Source of the DNA: Takakia lepidozioides | Taxonomy: Eukaryota > Plantae > Bryophyta | DNA length: 64,000 nucleotides | Reading direction: 5' to 3' | Assembly: GCA_030704615.1 (NCBI GenBank) | Contig: CM060731.1 | Coordinates: 50,592,001 to 50,656,000, forward strand | In this document: one piece after another, positions 38,644 through 51,800 of the stretch | Layout: the number at the start of each line of letters is the position of its first letter | Position numbering within the stretch: position 1 is the stretch's first letter | Made by a program: the position numbers and the translations under genes | Notes under the pieces: generated by a model | The model's database searches: none | What the model was told of the DNA's origin: nothing | The model's input: only the letters and a program-made list of their open reading frames with translations

Positions 38644-40683
38644 TCAGGGGTGGAGAAGGAGACTTAGAAGGGCCTCCACATCATCTGCCGCAGTCCACTC
38701 ATGCACTGTTGCTTTGATAAGGCTCCCGCTCTCTTGAAGTCGTTTTAATAGTGGAAACCTGCAATTCTCCATAGATTATTTGTAAGCGTGTGTGTGAAGT
38801 TGGGTAGAGAGGTAGTCTCAAGCTAAGATGGGGTAAGCGTGTCGGAAGTGCCATGCTTTTCGTTGAACTGCCTCCGTTATTTTTTGGGTATCAAGGTGAC
38901 TGACTGTCTTTGGTATTGCTTCGAGAAGGGTAATCTTATCCACGTCAAAAGACAGCATGATAAATCTTGAAAGAATGGATTTAATATGAAAAGGAGAAAA
39001 GGAGAACCCTTACCCGTGTCTCGCAAGAACATGGTCCCCTTTTACAAGTCTTGTGGAAGGGCAGAAGTCTCCACCACCATCCCCAATGTAAATCACACGC
39101 TTCTTTGGATGTGACTGAGCCGTCCTTCGAATGATATCCAATATGGAGCCCTTCAGAAACAGCAACGTGCAAATCAATACGAGTCTCTTACAATCACTCT
39201 CCACTGCTTGTACGTAACTGGACCTTGGATCCAAAGGCCCAGCACAAGTTCACTGATGCTCAGGCCCAATTTAGAAGTACTTGAGGAACCATCCTGGGAG
39301 GAAAGGAGGGGGAAACTACAGTATTTCCATTCAGCATCTTAACACACAATGGAACCAGAAACCTCCGCAAAGAGAACAACAGCATGAAAATTACAGTCAA
39401 GCCTCATACCTTGCACATGTTAGGAGGGCAGAGAGGGCACCCATGTGGCAGCTCATCTGCAGGATGAAAAGGTAGAACCCGTAAGGCCCCGTGGTCATTC
39501 ACATGGGCTGGGTTTGTGTAGATCTCTGTGAAGTATTGGCAGAGGCCATAGGCGTCCAGTATCAACTTGATAAAGTGGGAGTTGGCATCACTCACAATCT
39601 GGAGATCACACCTGCATAGGCATTAGTATAGTGAGAGAGAGTGACCTCCCGTCCTTCCTACTGCCTTTTTAACAAGAGCTACAGCTATGAAGGTATATTT
39701 TTTTGTTAAGGATTGCTCAATTTTTGTTGCTGGGTCCAGGCAGAGGTACTAGGCTCGATGTTACCAGTAAGTAATCAACTCTGCTTTGAAGATGTTGAAC
39801 CTCTCAAAATGGACTGACGATCGTGCATGTGTATAGATGTGCAACTTGGTCAAGAAAGATTCACCCAAGTGCTGCCACTGATTTGATTGCTGTCACCATT
39901 GCAGGATGCATGGGAGCCATCTGAAGGCACCGGTTGATATCATCCAATGTCCGGCCACTGTCATGCAGTTCTGTCATCATTCTGTCCTGCAATGCACAGT
40001 AAAACCATTACCATCCAAGCATAGAGGGTGAACATTTTACTAAAATACTTTGCTCAACCTGGGGCTGAGTGTTTTCCAAAAGAAAGGTAGTTGCAACAGG
40101 TAGGCAAGTGGCAGAGTCGGAGAAGGAACCTACTTGGAGTAGGTTTCAGACACAGAAACTTGTGTTTCAAAGACTATGAATGCAAGAATTGCCAAACTGC
40201 AGAGACAGTAGTAACTGCTGCCCATCTCTCATCCTTGTAGCATTCTGTCGTCACAAAGACAATAAGAACTTGTACATGTGGTAGTCGATGGATTATAGCA
40301 ACTGCGCATGCTTCGCATTTCTGCCCTGGTGACCGGCATCACATTTGCAGCTCTAGTTAATACCTGCATTTCTCGCTGGAGGAGGACCTGGAGAAGACTT
40401 AAAAGAGCCGAAAACAAAGTACCCTCAAACTCCAAAAATGTCGTACACACGACACATGACCCTTTCCTTCCTTGGTGAAAAGATCCCGGATTGCAACTTA
40501 CCCCTTGCCAACCACCGGATTGGGAAGGAAAGAGATAGAAGCACAAACCATGAGCTGTGTCCAGGGAAGGGTCGGATATATAGAGCTCATGAGATCACTG
40601 GCTCCCAACTTCTCGACTACCCATGTGTCGCTGTTGCAATCTATCAATGTCCAGTCAAAGTCTGCTACAATCAACGTGTCCAT
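38644..40683 (-). CDS. HAD-superfamily PHOSPHO1/PECP1/PPsPase-type phosphatase, five exons
   Basis: ADFDWTLIDCNSD (motif I), IVSDANSHFI (II), CPPNMCK-G (III) and IYIGDGGGDFCP (IV). The last exon is FPLLKRL..VHEW..LLHP-stop. Confidence 0.92.
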
Positions 40684-43600
40684 GCTTGTCAATTTCAACC
40701 CCTCACCACTCCGATGGCCTTTATATACCTCGCTACATCGCTTGCCTGAGCTAGGATGCGAAAGCTTCTCTCTCCAACAAATACCGCCTGCTTTGATCAC
40801 CTCGCATTCTCACAGCTCAGTGGAACCATCTCCGATCCTCGATTTGTACAACAACTACAGTAACAAGGAGGTTTCATTCACAGAAAACTACATGAACTGA
40901 ATGGCCTGCGGATGTCAATAGGTTGTATTCATCCAACCCTTCTCCTCTCTCTCTCTCTTGGAAGCTGCAAAGGAAGTAGGAAAAAGAGGGGTAGGAGTTA
41001 GGAGTAGACAAGCCCCACATTCTCGCGGTTGTTTTTGAGCAACGGTCTGAATCTCGCAGAGGGCTTTGTGAAGGTTTCGCTTATCACAGATGGGTACGTG
41101 CTGCATCAGACTGATGCTTTTATGAGACTGTATCGAGTTGTGGGGGCTTCAATCTCTATTTGCGGTGGTGAAGCATGGACAGCCCCATTGATGCCCCGGA
41201 TGACAAGACACTGAAGCTAACAACCTTTTCAGATGAAGACCACGATTCAACTTTCCATTTCCAGATTCTTCGATTGACTGATCAGGTCTGTCTTTCTCTC
41301 TCTCTCTCGACGTATTGAATGTAGCCCATCTCTCTAATTTGGCTCTGCCTCCCACTTTGTCTCACCGATTCTGTTCATGTCGTACGATCTTGTCAGTACT
41401 TTTTGGATTACCTTTAATTGTGTGTATGGAGATATCTCGATACGTATAAGGATATATGTTCATGTCGTAGGGTCCAGGGTTTAGTGTGCAAGCCATCTAT
41501 GCCACCTCGACGTTTAAGTACAGTAACGCAATCACTCCAATGTAATGGTTTGATGCTAGAGAAATACTCGTGATTTTCTTCTTAATTTCTCGCAAACTAC
41601 CTTCAAGATATGCTAACTGGTGGTTCTCCCGGTGACAGCTCTATGTTTGGATAGGCTGCAACTCAGCTCGAATGGGCAACATTTATGCGGCCCTTCCCAG
41701 CCCTTTCGTAAGTATGCGTCAGCCCTCGTTAGCTGCACAACCCCCCTGTTCGATGACTTCGGTGGCGTCACTGCTCTGAGCCTGCTGGATTCGTCTGGTT
41801 GGCAATGAACTCTACTCCAAACTTGAGAAGTGTTAATCATCTCTCTTTCCTCTACTATTTGCTGGGTTTGATTCTGAGTTGATTGGGTTGGTCATGGGGG
41901 ATGTCAGGAGAGAGCTCCAAGCCTAGCAGCTCTTCTAGGTGGGGGTGCAGACAGGACTGGAGCCGGCATCGCACGACGGCTTTGTATGTATATGCTGTTG
42001 GTTGTGAAGGACTAGTTGCTGGGGAATGAGTGTCTGTATCACAGCTGTGTGCATCAGCCTAAACCTACTGGTCCCACCATTTGAAGCAGTCCTCAGAAGA
42101 ATTTGGTGACACTTACACTCTGTCGATGCTTGTTTCCTTGTAAAACCTTACCTGACTCACTTGGAAGTATAATGAGATGTCCGACAGCAGCGTCATAGTG
42201 TTTTTTCTAGGTCCACACACACTGTCCTAGGTCAGGGAAGAATGCGAAGACAGACGTGAGGGAGTGGGAGATGGCTACGTGTGTCTGACAGTAACTCTGT
42301 GCAATTGCAGCTATGAGGACTGGGTGGAGCATAGTGTTGGCCTCAAATTTACCGTCCAATTCACCTACAATTGAGGTGATTTTCTGTTTGCCGCTCAGTA
42401 GGATCCTACCTGAAGTGGTTCTTTGAGACACTAATATCTTCTATGCAGTCTGCCACTTCAGAATTTTAAATGTGAATGTTGAACTCATTTCTTAAACAGT
42501 GAGGAAACAACCATGCTCAATAAGAAGGATTTGATCGTTCTCAAACCAGATTTATTGCTGTTACGAGTGTAACCTTGCTAGCTTGTGATCCTGGGTAAGT
42601 CCAACCCTCAACTGCTTGTTGGATTTGTGATTGAACAACTGATTTTTTTTGTCGAGTGTGTTGATATTTTCTGATCTTCAGTCTGCTGGATATATAAAGC
42701 CACTTAATAATTAGGTTGTGCGCAAAGTACAAACATTTCTGTCAAGCTTGCACTTATGTATGTGTTAATCTAGTCATGGAGATTCTGCAAGTTTGGAGCA
42801 ATAAAAGGTGCTTTATTTGTAGGCATTTGCGGAGCAAAGATTGTTTCAAGAACTCAGGAGCTTGGGCTATGTCAAGCCAACTTCCAAACCTCTGAATGTA
42901 GCCAGGGTGCCACCAACAGAGTAAGCATGCGTCATCTGCACCAAGTTTTCACGTTTAACAGGTGGTCCCCAGGTATTTGGCTACAGGCAGGTAGAGTGTA
43001 GCTAATACTTCTACTGCAATCCCAGGCTACCAACATATGAGGAAACTGACACTTTTTCAGAACTTGCATAAACTGATGCATGGTCAATGGATACTTGTTG
43101 GTATGGCAACTCAGGTGGTCTTGAAAATGTCTGAAAATGAGACGAATTCACATCAGGTTTCATTGATGAATGATTCCCATGGTTTTAAAGTCCAGCAGTG
43201 GGGTCTTACTGCCTTGCAATTTGCAAAATCTATGTAACCAATCACTTTTCTAGTGATATCCGTCATTGTGTAGTTTAGTTGATCGTCCCTCCTTCTCTTC
43301 TCCGTCTATGGCATAAATATGTTCCTCTCTCTCGCTCTCGCTGATGATGGGAGGTATCCAAGAGTAAGCCACAACTCGATCTCGCTGTATATTTCTCCCT
43401 CCAACCCCCTTCATTTATACCAAGGTAAGTCTCACTACCGGAGTGAGCCCCTCACAAAGGTAGTGTCTGTTTCCTTTTGTTCTGCCCAAACTGGGCGCAG
43501 GGTCTGTGGCCACAAGGACACAGCAAACGTCGTCTTATGAGTACATCTCTCAAAACCCCTCCCCCTCCAATTCTCTCAAGAACACAGTCAGGATGAAGTG

Positions 43601-43782
43601 CTATGCAGGTGTGACTGGCAGTCATGGTCAATAGCACTACAAGAACTATATTGTGCTTCAATGACACTGAGATGAGCTTGTTTGGTAATCTAATTCAGTG
43701 CCTCTCTATGATATTCAGCTTTAATTCAATTTAGTTCTTTAGTTGTCAAGGGCTGCACAATTCCAGGACTAGGTGGAACTTC

Positions 43783-46700
43783 CTAGGCACTTGACGCATC
43801 TCTATGGAACTTGCGTAGTTTGACATCCATCTGATGTGCTGTCAGCTCAGCCACCTCCACCTGAACCCAGAGAGTGAAGGTGACAAGTTAAACATGAAAG
43901 GCAAAGTAGATTGGTGAGTTGCACTTGTTGGCCAGGTTAAAATCTTCAGAATGCTGATTAGACGAGCGTAATGTCCTAAGGGCAAGGGTTGACACTGACA
44001 GCATGTCTCGCATGAGCAACTCCAACTGATCTCGTGAACCATTGAGTAACAGAGACTTGTATCCAAGGTGATTGATTGGCAGAACGCACCTTTGACCACT
44101 TCCCAGGTAAAGCCAGATGAAGTGGCAAACACATATTTTGGTGTGTGAAAGTTAAATAGACTGAAAAAATGTTGCAGACCTGGCCAGTAAAATAACTGCC
44201 ATCCTTGGGCTTAATGTTCTTTACAGGTTACTATCCAAATCTAACAAATACAAAGCCTAAGAAGGTGATCAGATGTGCAAATTGGGCAAGGGTAAGAAGA
44301 AGTACCTTTTGCTGCCACACGTGGTTTACGTGGTGGAGGTCGGCTACCTCCTTCTTTAGTTCCATGTACTCTAGCACATAGGGCTGGTTTTCACCCAGCT
44401 GCCCATCGCGCTCCTGTATGAACAGATGCAGCATGTCTGCCATTTGAACCTACTCCACCCACCATCCAGGGATGAGCAGGATGCTTACACTGATTATTGA
44501 AGTCCAATGCTAGCTTTCAACCTTCTATCTGCCTTCATATGACATGTATTTTGCACAGTGCTGACTGGCAATGCCTGATGACTGTTTCCAATCCCATGCT
44601 GGTCTGTGGTGTCTCATGTGTCTCAATGCATTTTAAACCCAGTCTCTCTCCCTCACCTCCCAAAAAGAAAAACTGTCTGCAGGCAGTCTCTCCAGTAGTA
44701 ACTAGTAACCCCTAAATCAAAGGGACTCATTATGGAGGTTTCTTTTGTGACACATTGCCTTTTCCTTGTGGGCTAGTGAATCCTGATTGCAGCTGATGTA
44801 TGACCTGCTAGCATCACTATATGATGTTCCGATAGAAATTAGTCTTCCTAAATCTTTAGTCTTGAGTTTACAGCTTTCAATTTTAGGGGAGAGGTCCTGG
44901 GAGCTAAAATCTTCACCTTTTGAGCATTGGCTCGTATTATATCGTCCTTAACGCGGAGAAGCTGAGGGTGACGCTCGGCCAGTGTGGTGCGCAATGCGTC
45001 GTCCTCTTCTGCCAGCACATTCAGCTGTGCCTGAGCTTTCTCTAACGCCTGCATGCATTCTGCACCATGAACAACTTGGCAATCCAAAAACAAACACCAC
45101 ATTTACAAACGTGATGAACAACATAGTATCATTTGTCATGAGCGTGCCATTACTCATCTAGATAAAGAAGCTTAGAATTCCTGTAGGTTGTGGATGAGGC
45201 TGTATGTTTCGAGCTATTTTGAACTTAGTACTTAGTTATGGTAAGCGACAGAAGGGTCCATATGGGTCTGGGGATACACAAATGGCTTCTCGCGAAGGCT
45301 ACAAATGACCTGGTCTTCCATGGATTGGGAGGAATCGCATGTGAACCTCATGCCGCAATGCGACTAGATTACGACAGTAGCTGGATAACTCGAGGATGTC
45401 CAGACTGACAGGAATACCAACGGTCCAAGATAGCACATTATACTGGAAACTCGTCTAGACGAGAAGCCAAGGATAGGCATACTCTGAAGCAATGCAGGCT
45501 AGAAACCTCAGCGCCACATTCTACCTACACAACGAGGACGTTTATGATAAATGTGGGGAATGACAAAAAATTCAACAAAATAAGTGTAGGTGACTACATT
45601 TTCCGTCTTAAGGTTGATCGCTTTCAGGCGATGGAGCTCTTTCTCGCGATCTCTTAGGCGGTTCTCCAGCTGCTGCTTCTGGATGGTGAGTTGGTCGAAG
45701 TCGACGGCATGCAACACATCTGACAGCTCTTTCTTTGTCTCCAAAGCTACCTCTGTCCTTCCAATATTGTCATGGAGTGTTGCATTCTGCTCTCGCAATC
45801 TTTCAATGTTGAAGCGCTTGTCACTGATCTTCTGCTCCATAAATCTGGCTGCCATCCAACCCCCGATAGAGAATGGGGCGAAAGATCGATTGAAATCATG
45901 TCTCAAAGTGTGAGAAGACAAGGTCCAGGTGCCCACTCCAACATTATGATTGAAAAAAAGCTGAGGCAGAAGGGCTAGATTCTGCCAAGCACAAAGCTAA
46001 TAAAACAGATATGGAGGTTTGGGCATCCTTGCTGGTTAGGGATTGTAAAGGTAGGATTTCGAACATGAAACCCTTTTGCTTTGGAAAAACTCAAATCCTG
46101 TCTGGAATAGAAGCATGTAGTCAGAAACAAGACCAGATCTTCAAGGCCAATTTGACACTTTGCTTCACAGAATGAGAAGGTCAATTGCAAAATTGTGCAG
46201 AGTCCCTCAGGTTCTAAGGCCTACAACCTATTGAGGGGGAAGGAGAGAGAGCACAGAAATGCCCACCTTATCACTTTTTCAGAGGTGGCTATCTTGGACG
46301 GCTTTGACGCAGCATCTGCCATCACCTCACGCCTATGGTCAGACAGGTCTCTACGAATCTCACCAATCCGCAAGTCTGCTTCATCATATGCTGCCTGCAG
46401 TTCATCTAGCATACGCTCACTCTCTTGCCTGCAGTGCCCTCCAATGTTCCAATTGCTAATTTCAGTCTGCATCACTCTGTCCCCTCCTTAATTCTAGTTG
46501 CTCTGGCAAACAGGGACACTATATGCTGTTGTAGGTACTGGGTTCTGCACACCCTCTTCATTGCCTAAGCTGGATCTCACAGGTTGCAGGGTATTGTTCA
46601 GGTGCTGGTGTTGAAGTTGTGGGCTCTGGAACCAATTGAACCTAGTGGGGGAGTTGTGGCTGTGATCTCCCTATCTTAGACCAGTGGGCAGCATTGGCTG

Positions 46701-48425
46701 TCCATGTGAATCAACTTTCAACATTAAGAGTACATCAGTGACAATTCTCAGAACCCAGAATCATGGCCATCTTTAAGGGGTATATGTGGGGAGAGTGCTG
46801 CACTTCGTCTCCAGCCTGCCCTCACAATGTCTACCGCATCGAACTTCTAGACCCTATAATCCCCATTGGCCAAATCCACAAAACCTGTGGCAGACATGTT
46901 TTCTTGTCATCACTACGTTCTATAATGGCCGCCATCTTGCAAAATCTGGAGACTGGTTGGATGGTTTTGAGCAATAATTATAAATGGGGTGGCGCTTGTC
47001 ATTGTTGGAAGAGGGTGCAGAAGTTGATTGCATCTTGGCTCCATACTTCAATCCCAGTGCAAATGTTGGGTTCGATTATACTGGTCATAAGACTTTCATG
47101 CTTACAGTAGTCATATTATACATGGTCAATTCAAGCTTCAGTCATGGACTCACTAGAAGAACCATGACTGTATGCATCAGACCACTGTGCTTGTAGTGGC
47201 TTGTGTAACTGGTTGTAGGAGGAGACTGGAGGGAGGAGAGTAGGATAGGTGCTAACTGATTGGAATCAGTATGTGGGACACTGACACAGTATTCAGACTT
47301 AACATCCGAGATGAGTTGTGTTGAAAAGAAAAGATAGACACAATGGGAGCGTGTTTGCTTGCCTGTAAATGTTCATCTGGTCCTGAATGGCACGACATTC
47401 TATTGTTGCAACATCAGTTTTTTCCTCAACATTCAAGCCTTGAAGCCCATCTTTTTCGTGAGAGCCTCGCATCCAGGAGGGTCGGGTGGACGGAGAGTCA
47501 GAGCTTGGAGAACCGATGTTGTAGGACATGCGGGAAGATCCGCGCCTTGTGTACTCTCCTTGGCTATCCTCCATCTCATCATAGACTTCATCTAGTTCTT
47601 CTAGGGAGTCCAACTGGATTTGCATGTGCTCTATACTGCCTGTACGCATCATCAGCCGCTGCATTGCCCAATGTGTTCACATCGTTTCATACAGACACTT
47701 GCCAACGAGGGCTTTCAAAAAATTTAAGAGACGTCAAGCTCTCATCACGCCAATTGTTATTCGAGCATAGGAGTTTCTTTGCCAAATCATACAAGCAGTC
47801 ACTTCAATTTGTCATGGTTTTCCGAGTCAGTTGAAATATTTATGCTGTTGTAGATATATTAACCTGGTTCCAAATGAGCTTTCCTTTTCCCAGATTAATT
47901 TTCCGACATTGATTCATCCATTGGTGCGTGTGTCTGACTGATTTGTATGCAAGAGAGAGGAGACAATTACCAGGTTCACGGGGCCAGGAGAGTGGGAGAG
48001 AATGTATTCATAAGACATTGTTTGCCGTAGCCTTGTGGCCACATCTGACTAAAGCTCGAATTCCTAGAGGCACAATGGAGGGGAAATAGGAAAAGAACGA
48101 GGGAGGAAGAGAAAACGACAAACATAGATATCACTACAAACCTGACACTGTAAGAAAACAATGACAGCCTAACCACGTAACATAAGAGAAGGTGGTCCAC
48201 CATCATATGGTCGGAAAGTAAGCCGTTTTCCTGTTGCAGATGGTCCTTTTCATTCACCACCCCTTGCAGAACTTTTTCGAGGTCTACCGGTTTTGGTTCT
48301 TCCACGGTGCTGGGTGGTGGAAGCGCAGTTTGTTGTCCCTCTACCCCGAATTCCACTGCTCCTGCGCTATCTGTATCTGCTGCTACAGAGGATGTACTCA
48401 TGCGCCGTTCTACTGGCTCTGCCAT
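43783..48425 (-). CDS. CCDC113: Coiled-coil ciliary protein CCDC113/CFAP263-like (DUF4201), about seven exons
   Basis: LNVEEKTDVA.., EADLRIGEIRRD.., SEKVI-RFMEQK.., KKELSDVLHAVDFDQLTIQKQQL.., PYVLEYMELKKEVADL..WQQK-VEVAE. The junctions checked are phase-compatible. ATG at 48425, TAG at 43785-43783. Confidence 0.8.
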
Positions 48426-48755
48426 TGCTGCGAGATGGCCAGAAGAGAAGCTCCGCAACTGCTCTCAATCCCAGGAATCTGAAACTGCGAAGAGAGGGAG
48501 AGAGAGAGGGAGAGCGAAGCAGAAGACGGAGGTTATTGTGACGGATGAAATGTTTGTGCATGGATGATCTGCATCCATCTCTTACATCTCACTTAATTGG
48601 TGGTTGCACTCCATCAAAATCAGTTTCTTTTTTTTCACCATCAAACTAATTAACTTAACTGCCTATACTAATCCAACCTGAAATGACAAGGAACTCCAAA
48701 CTCCGCTGAGGCTACACCAGTTACGCTTCCTTTAAAAAAAGAGAGGCGTCATTTT

Positions 48756-48895
48756 AAAAAAAAAAAAAACCCGCCATGTGGCGTTGGAACGGGACACCAC
48801 CCAGGAACATACCACACCCGTCGGTAGCAAGATTTGACCCCATAATCATCTGGGTGGCACTCAGTGCACTTCACCAACTGAGCTACCGACTATTG
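48756..48895 (-). mobile_element. Probable tRNA-derived SINE with a poly(T) tail
   Basis: The minus strand reads GTCGG-TAGCTCAGTTGG (A box) ... GGGTCAAATC (degenerate B box) ... then a ~50-nt body and T14. The cloverleaf is imperfect. Confidence 0.55.
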
Positions 48896-51800
48896 GTATC
48901 TCATTCAACTCTTACTAAACGTCGAGTGAACAATGGAACTTGCTTTATGAGCCAAATAGAAACTGTTTTTTCTCGTGAAGTTTATACATAATGTTTCTTT
49001 ATTGCTCATATCATATATTAATAGACAAACAATTATTTATATTTATATATTTATATTTAAAATGATCCATTTAAATTATTTTAAATAATTTGTATATATA
49101 TATATATATTCAGATATTTCTCCTTATTTCTGGACCAAACTTTAGTCCAGATTTACTTAAAATTGTGTTTCATCGTGCATGACATCAGATGAAGAAATTT
49201 TCCTTTCTGCACCGACCAACAGCAAATCACCGACGCCCAGTTTTAAAGCTCTTGCACGTGTAGAAATCCGTCCTCGGAATTACGGGTACTCCCGGGAACA
49301 GGGAACCAAGCCAGATAATAGAGAAAACATATACTTTTTTCTTGTATTTGTGTCAATTTAAGGGTATATATTATGTTTATAGAGCCTGATTGGCCATATC
49401 TTGGTGATACAAAGGCTGTTTGACCCAAAATTTGCGTAGGGAATGTGAAAATCTACTTAGAGATTTTAGTTTTTTGGGTGTAACCCAAAATCTATGGAAT
49501 TTTTCAAAAGTAAGATGGTTTATTCTCTAGAAAAATCAATGTCCACATGTACTTCTAAGACTTATCTGCCGGTGATGCATGGCTGGAGAAGAGGAAGATA
49601 TCACCAAATGGCTCATTTCCTCGCTAAGTCTTCAAGTATGTGGGAAAATAATTTATGTTTATCAAGGCACATAAACTGAGCTGAGTGGAGATCAGCTGGA
49701 TGAGCTGTTTGCATACAGGGAGTCAGGCTTCAGATCCCCTTCAATCTTTCCTCAATGTTGAATAGCCAACTCAGATCTGTAATAAAAAATTCAGACTTCA
49801 TTTGAGCTTCACTTGATCTTACGACTGTTGCTCCATGTGAGATCTGTCCCCAATCTTTGTTTGTTGCTCATGTCCCATAAAAAACAATGAAAATTGTACT
49901 TGAATAAGTCGTACATTGTTTTTTTGTTGTCATTCACCATAACAAAGATGCAAGTCCGATATGAATTTGGGTGTGTCATCCGATATTTGGTGCTGTTGTA
50001 TATTCTCAATTTCATTTCACAACAATATGACGTTAACATTTGACGTCATTGAAGCTCGTTTTCACGAGTGAGTGTCCATTGCATGAAATTTAGAACCCAT
50101 GATACATGCACTTGCGGTAGTCTCTATACTGAAATCTGATCTACAAATAAATACAACATGATGCAGCATATGAGTCTTACTATTTACTATCATCAGATAT
50201 TATTACAGAGGAATATATGTTAGCAGACTAGTCACCATGTACTATTTCAGTAGTCTACATGGACATTCTTCCATGATTATATGGATCCTCTTATCCACGG
50301 ATATAGACTCTCTTTCTCTTTGATGATGTGGCGTAAGCTTGGGAGATTGTCACATAGGCAATTTATGTGAGCATCGGTTCATGCCACGTCATCAAAGCAT
50401 GAGCCTAAGCTTACGCCATATCATCGCTGTAATGGCAAGGTGGCAGCAAAACTGGTTGCCCTAGCTGTGTAACCCTGCATAGCCTAACAATGCCAAGACA
50501 ATCACAAAATGAGCAATCCAACATAAAACGAGTTGTTTGTAGTTGCAAAGCAGAAGAAAAACCTTTTGTGACCAATGAAGCTCTAAAGTGAGAGAGAAAG
50601 ACAGGCGGGAGAACTGGGAGTGACGTAATGCCTAGAAGTGAAAAGTTGGGGTAAGATGGCATGTCACATCAGGCGGACTCACACATTATCACCCGCCGTC
50701 TTTGTCAACCGCCTAACTCTGATAGCCTACATGTAGGGCAATTGGAGCGAGCCCCCTTTGCCACATGTTTTTTCTAAAATTGCATCTTGTAGCCTATTGC
50801 AGTAAATGCTAAACCAACACCTACAGGTGGCGGACGCAACACTTGATGCCGATTCGGACGCGCTTCATCTTTGAAGTAAGGCTTCAAAAGGGATACGTGG
50901 AATACTGGATGCACCTTGCTGTTTGCCGGCAGCTCCAATTCATATACATCCTCATTCATAACCTTCCGGATGCGAAAGGGACCCGCATATGGAGGTATGA
51001 ATTTTGGACTCACTTCCGGAGGTAGTCGAAAATTTTTGATGTTCAACCAGACTTCCGTGCCTGCCTCAAACTTCACTTCCCTCCACTTCCGATTCGCCTG
51101 CCTTTCATACCGTTTCCTAGCTTTGGCAATGTTGTACTTTACGAGCTTCAACAAACGCTCACGTTCTTCCAGTACCGCCGCTACTGCCGGTTCCTCAACG
51201 TCTTGGGCGGCCCAACTTGTCGGCACCAGAGGTGCTTTTCCATAGACGTGGGCAAAGTAAAGTCGTCATGTCTCCTGCGCCGTTGCCGTCTCCTTGGTGG
51301 GGATGAAATGGCCATTTTACTGAACCTATCCACCACCACCATGATTGCATCGAATCCTTTTGACAGCGGCATAGCAGTCATGAAATCCATCGAGACGCTT
51401 TCCCAAGTCCCCTTCTGGAATTGGCAAGGGTTGTAACAGCCCCGCTTGCTTTTTGTACTCGCTCCGGTTTTGTTGGCATGTGGTGCATGTCTTGACATAC
51501 TCCTCTGCCTCCTCCCTCAGTTTGGGCCAGAAATACTCTTTCTTCAAGAGTGCCGCAGTGCGCTTGGCTCCGCCGTGGCCCGCAAGCGGGCTATCATGGC
51601 ATTCTCTCAAGAGACTATCCCTGATCCCTCCCTTCGGCACGTAGAGACGCTTTTGCTTATACCGGAGCTGTCCATTTTGCAAGTGGAACTGCGATTTAAC
51701 CCCCATCCTCAAGTCTTGCATTGCGGACTTCGCCAGCTCATCCTTCCGGCAAGCCTTCCGGATCTTCCTTTGGAGCGCCGTCTCGCCCCTGTGCACCAAC

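Noticed and set aside
41100-43500. Short ORFs between the phosphatase and CCDC113
   Set aside because: No domain, conserved miRNA or coherent exon chain could be recognised.
48820-48895. Functional tRNA gene
   Set aside because: T-arm and acceptor stem register are non-canonical, and it continues into a SINE-like body and tail.
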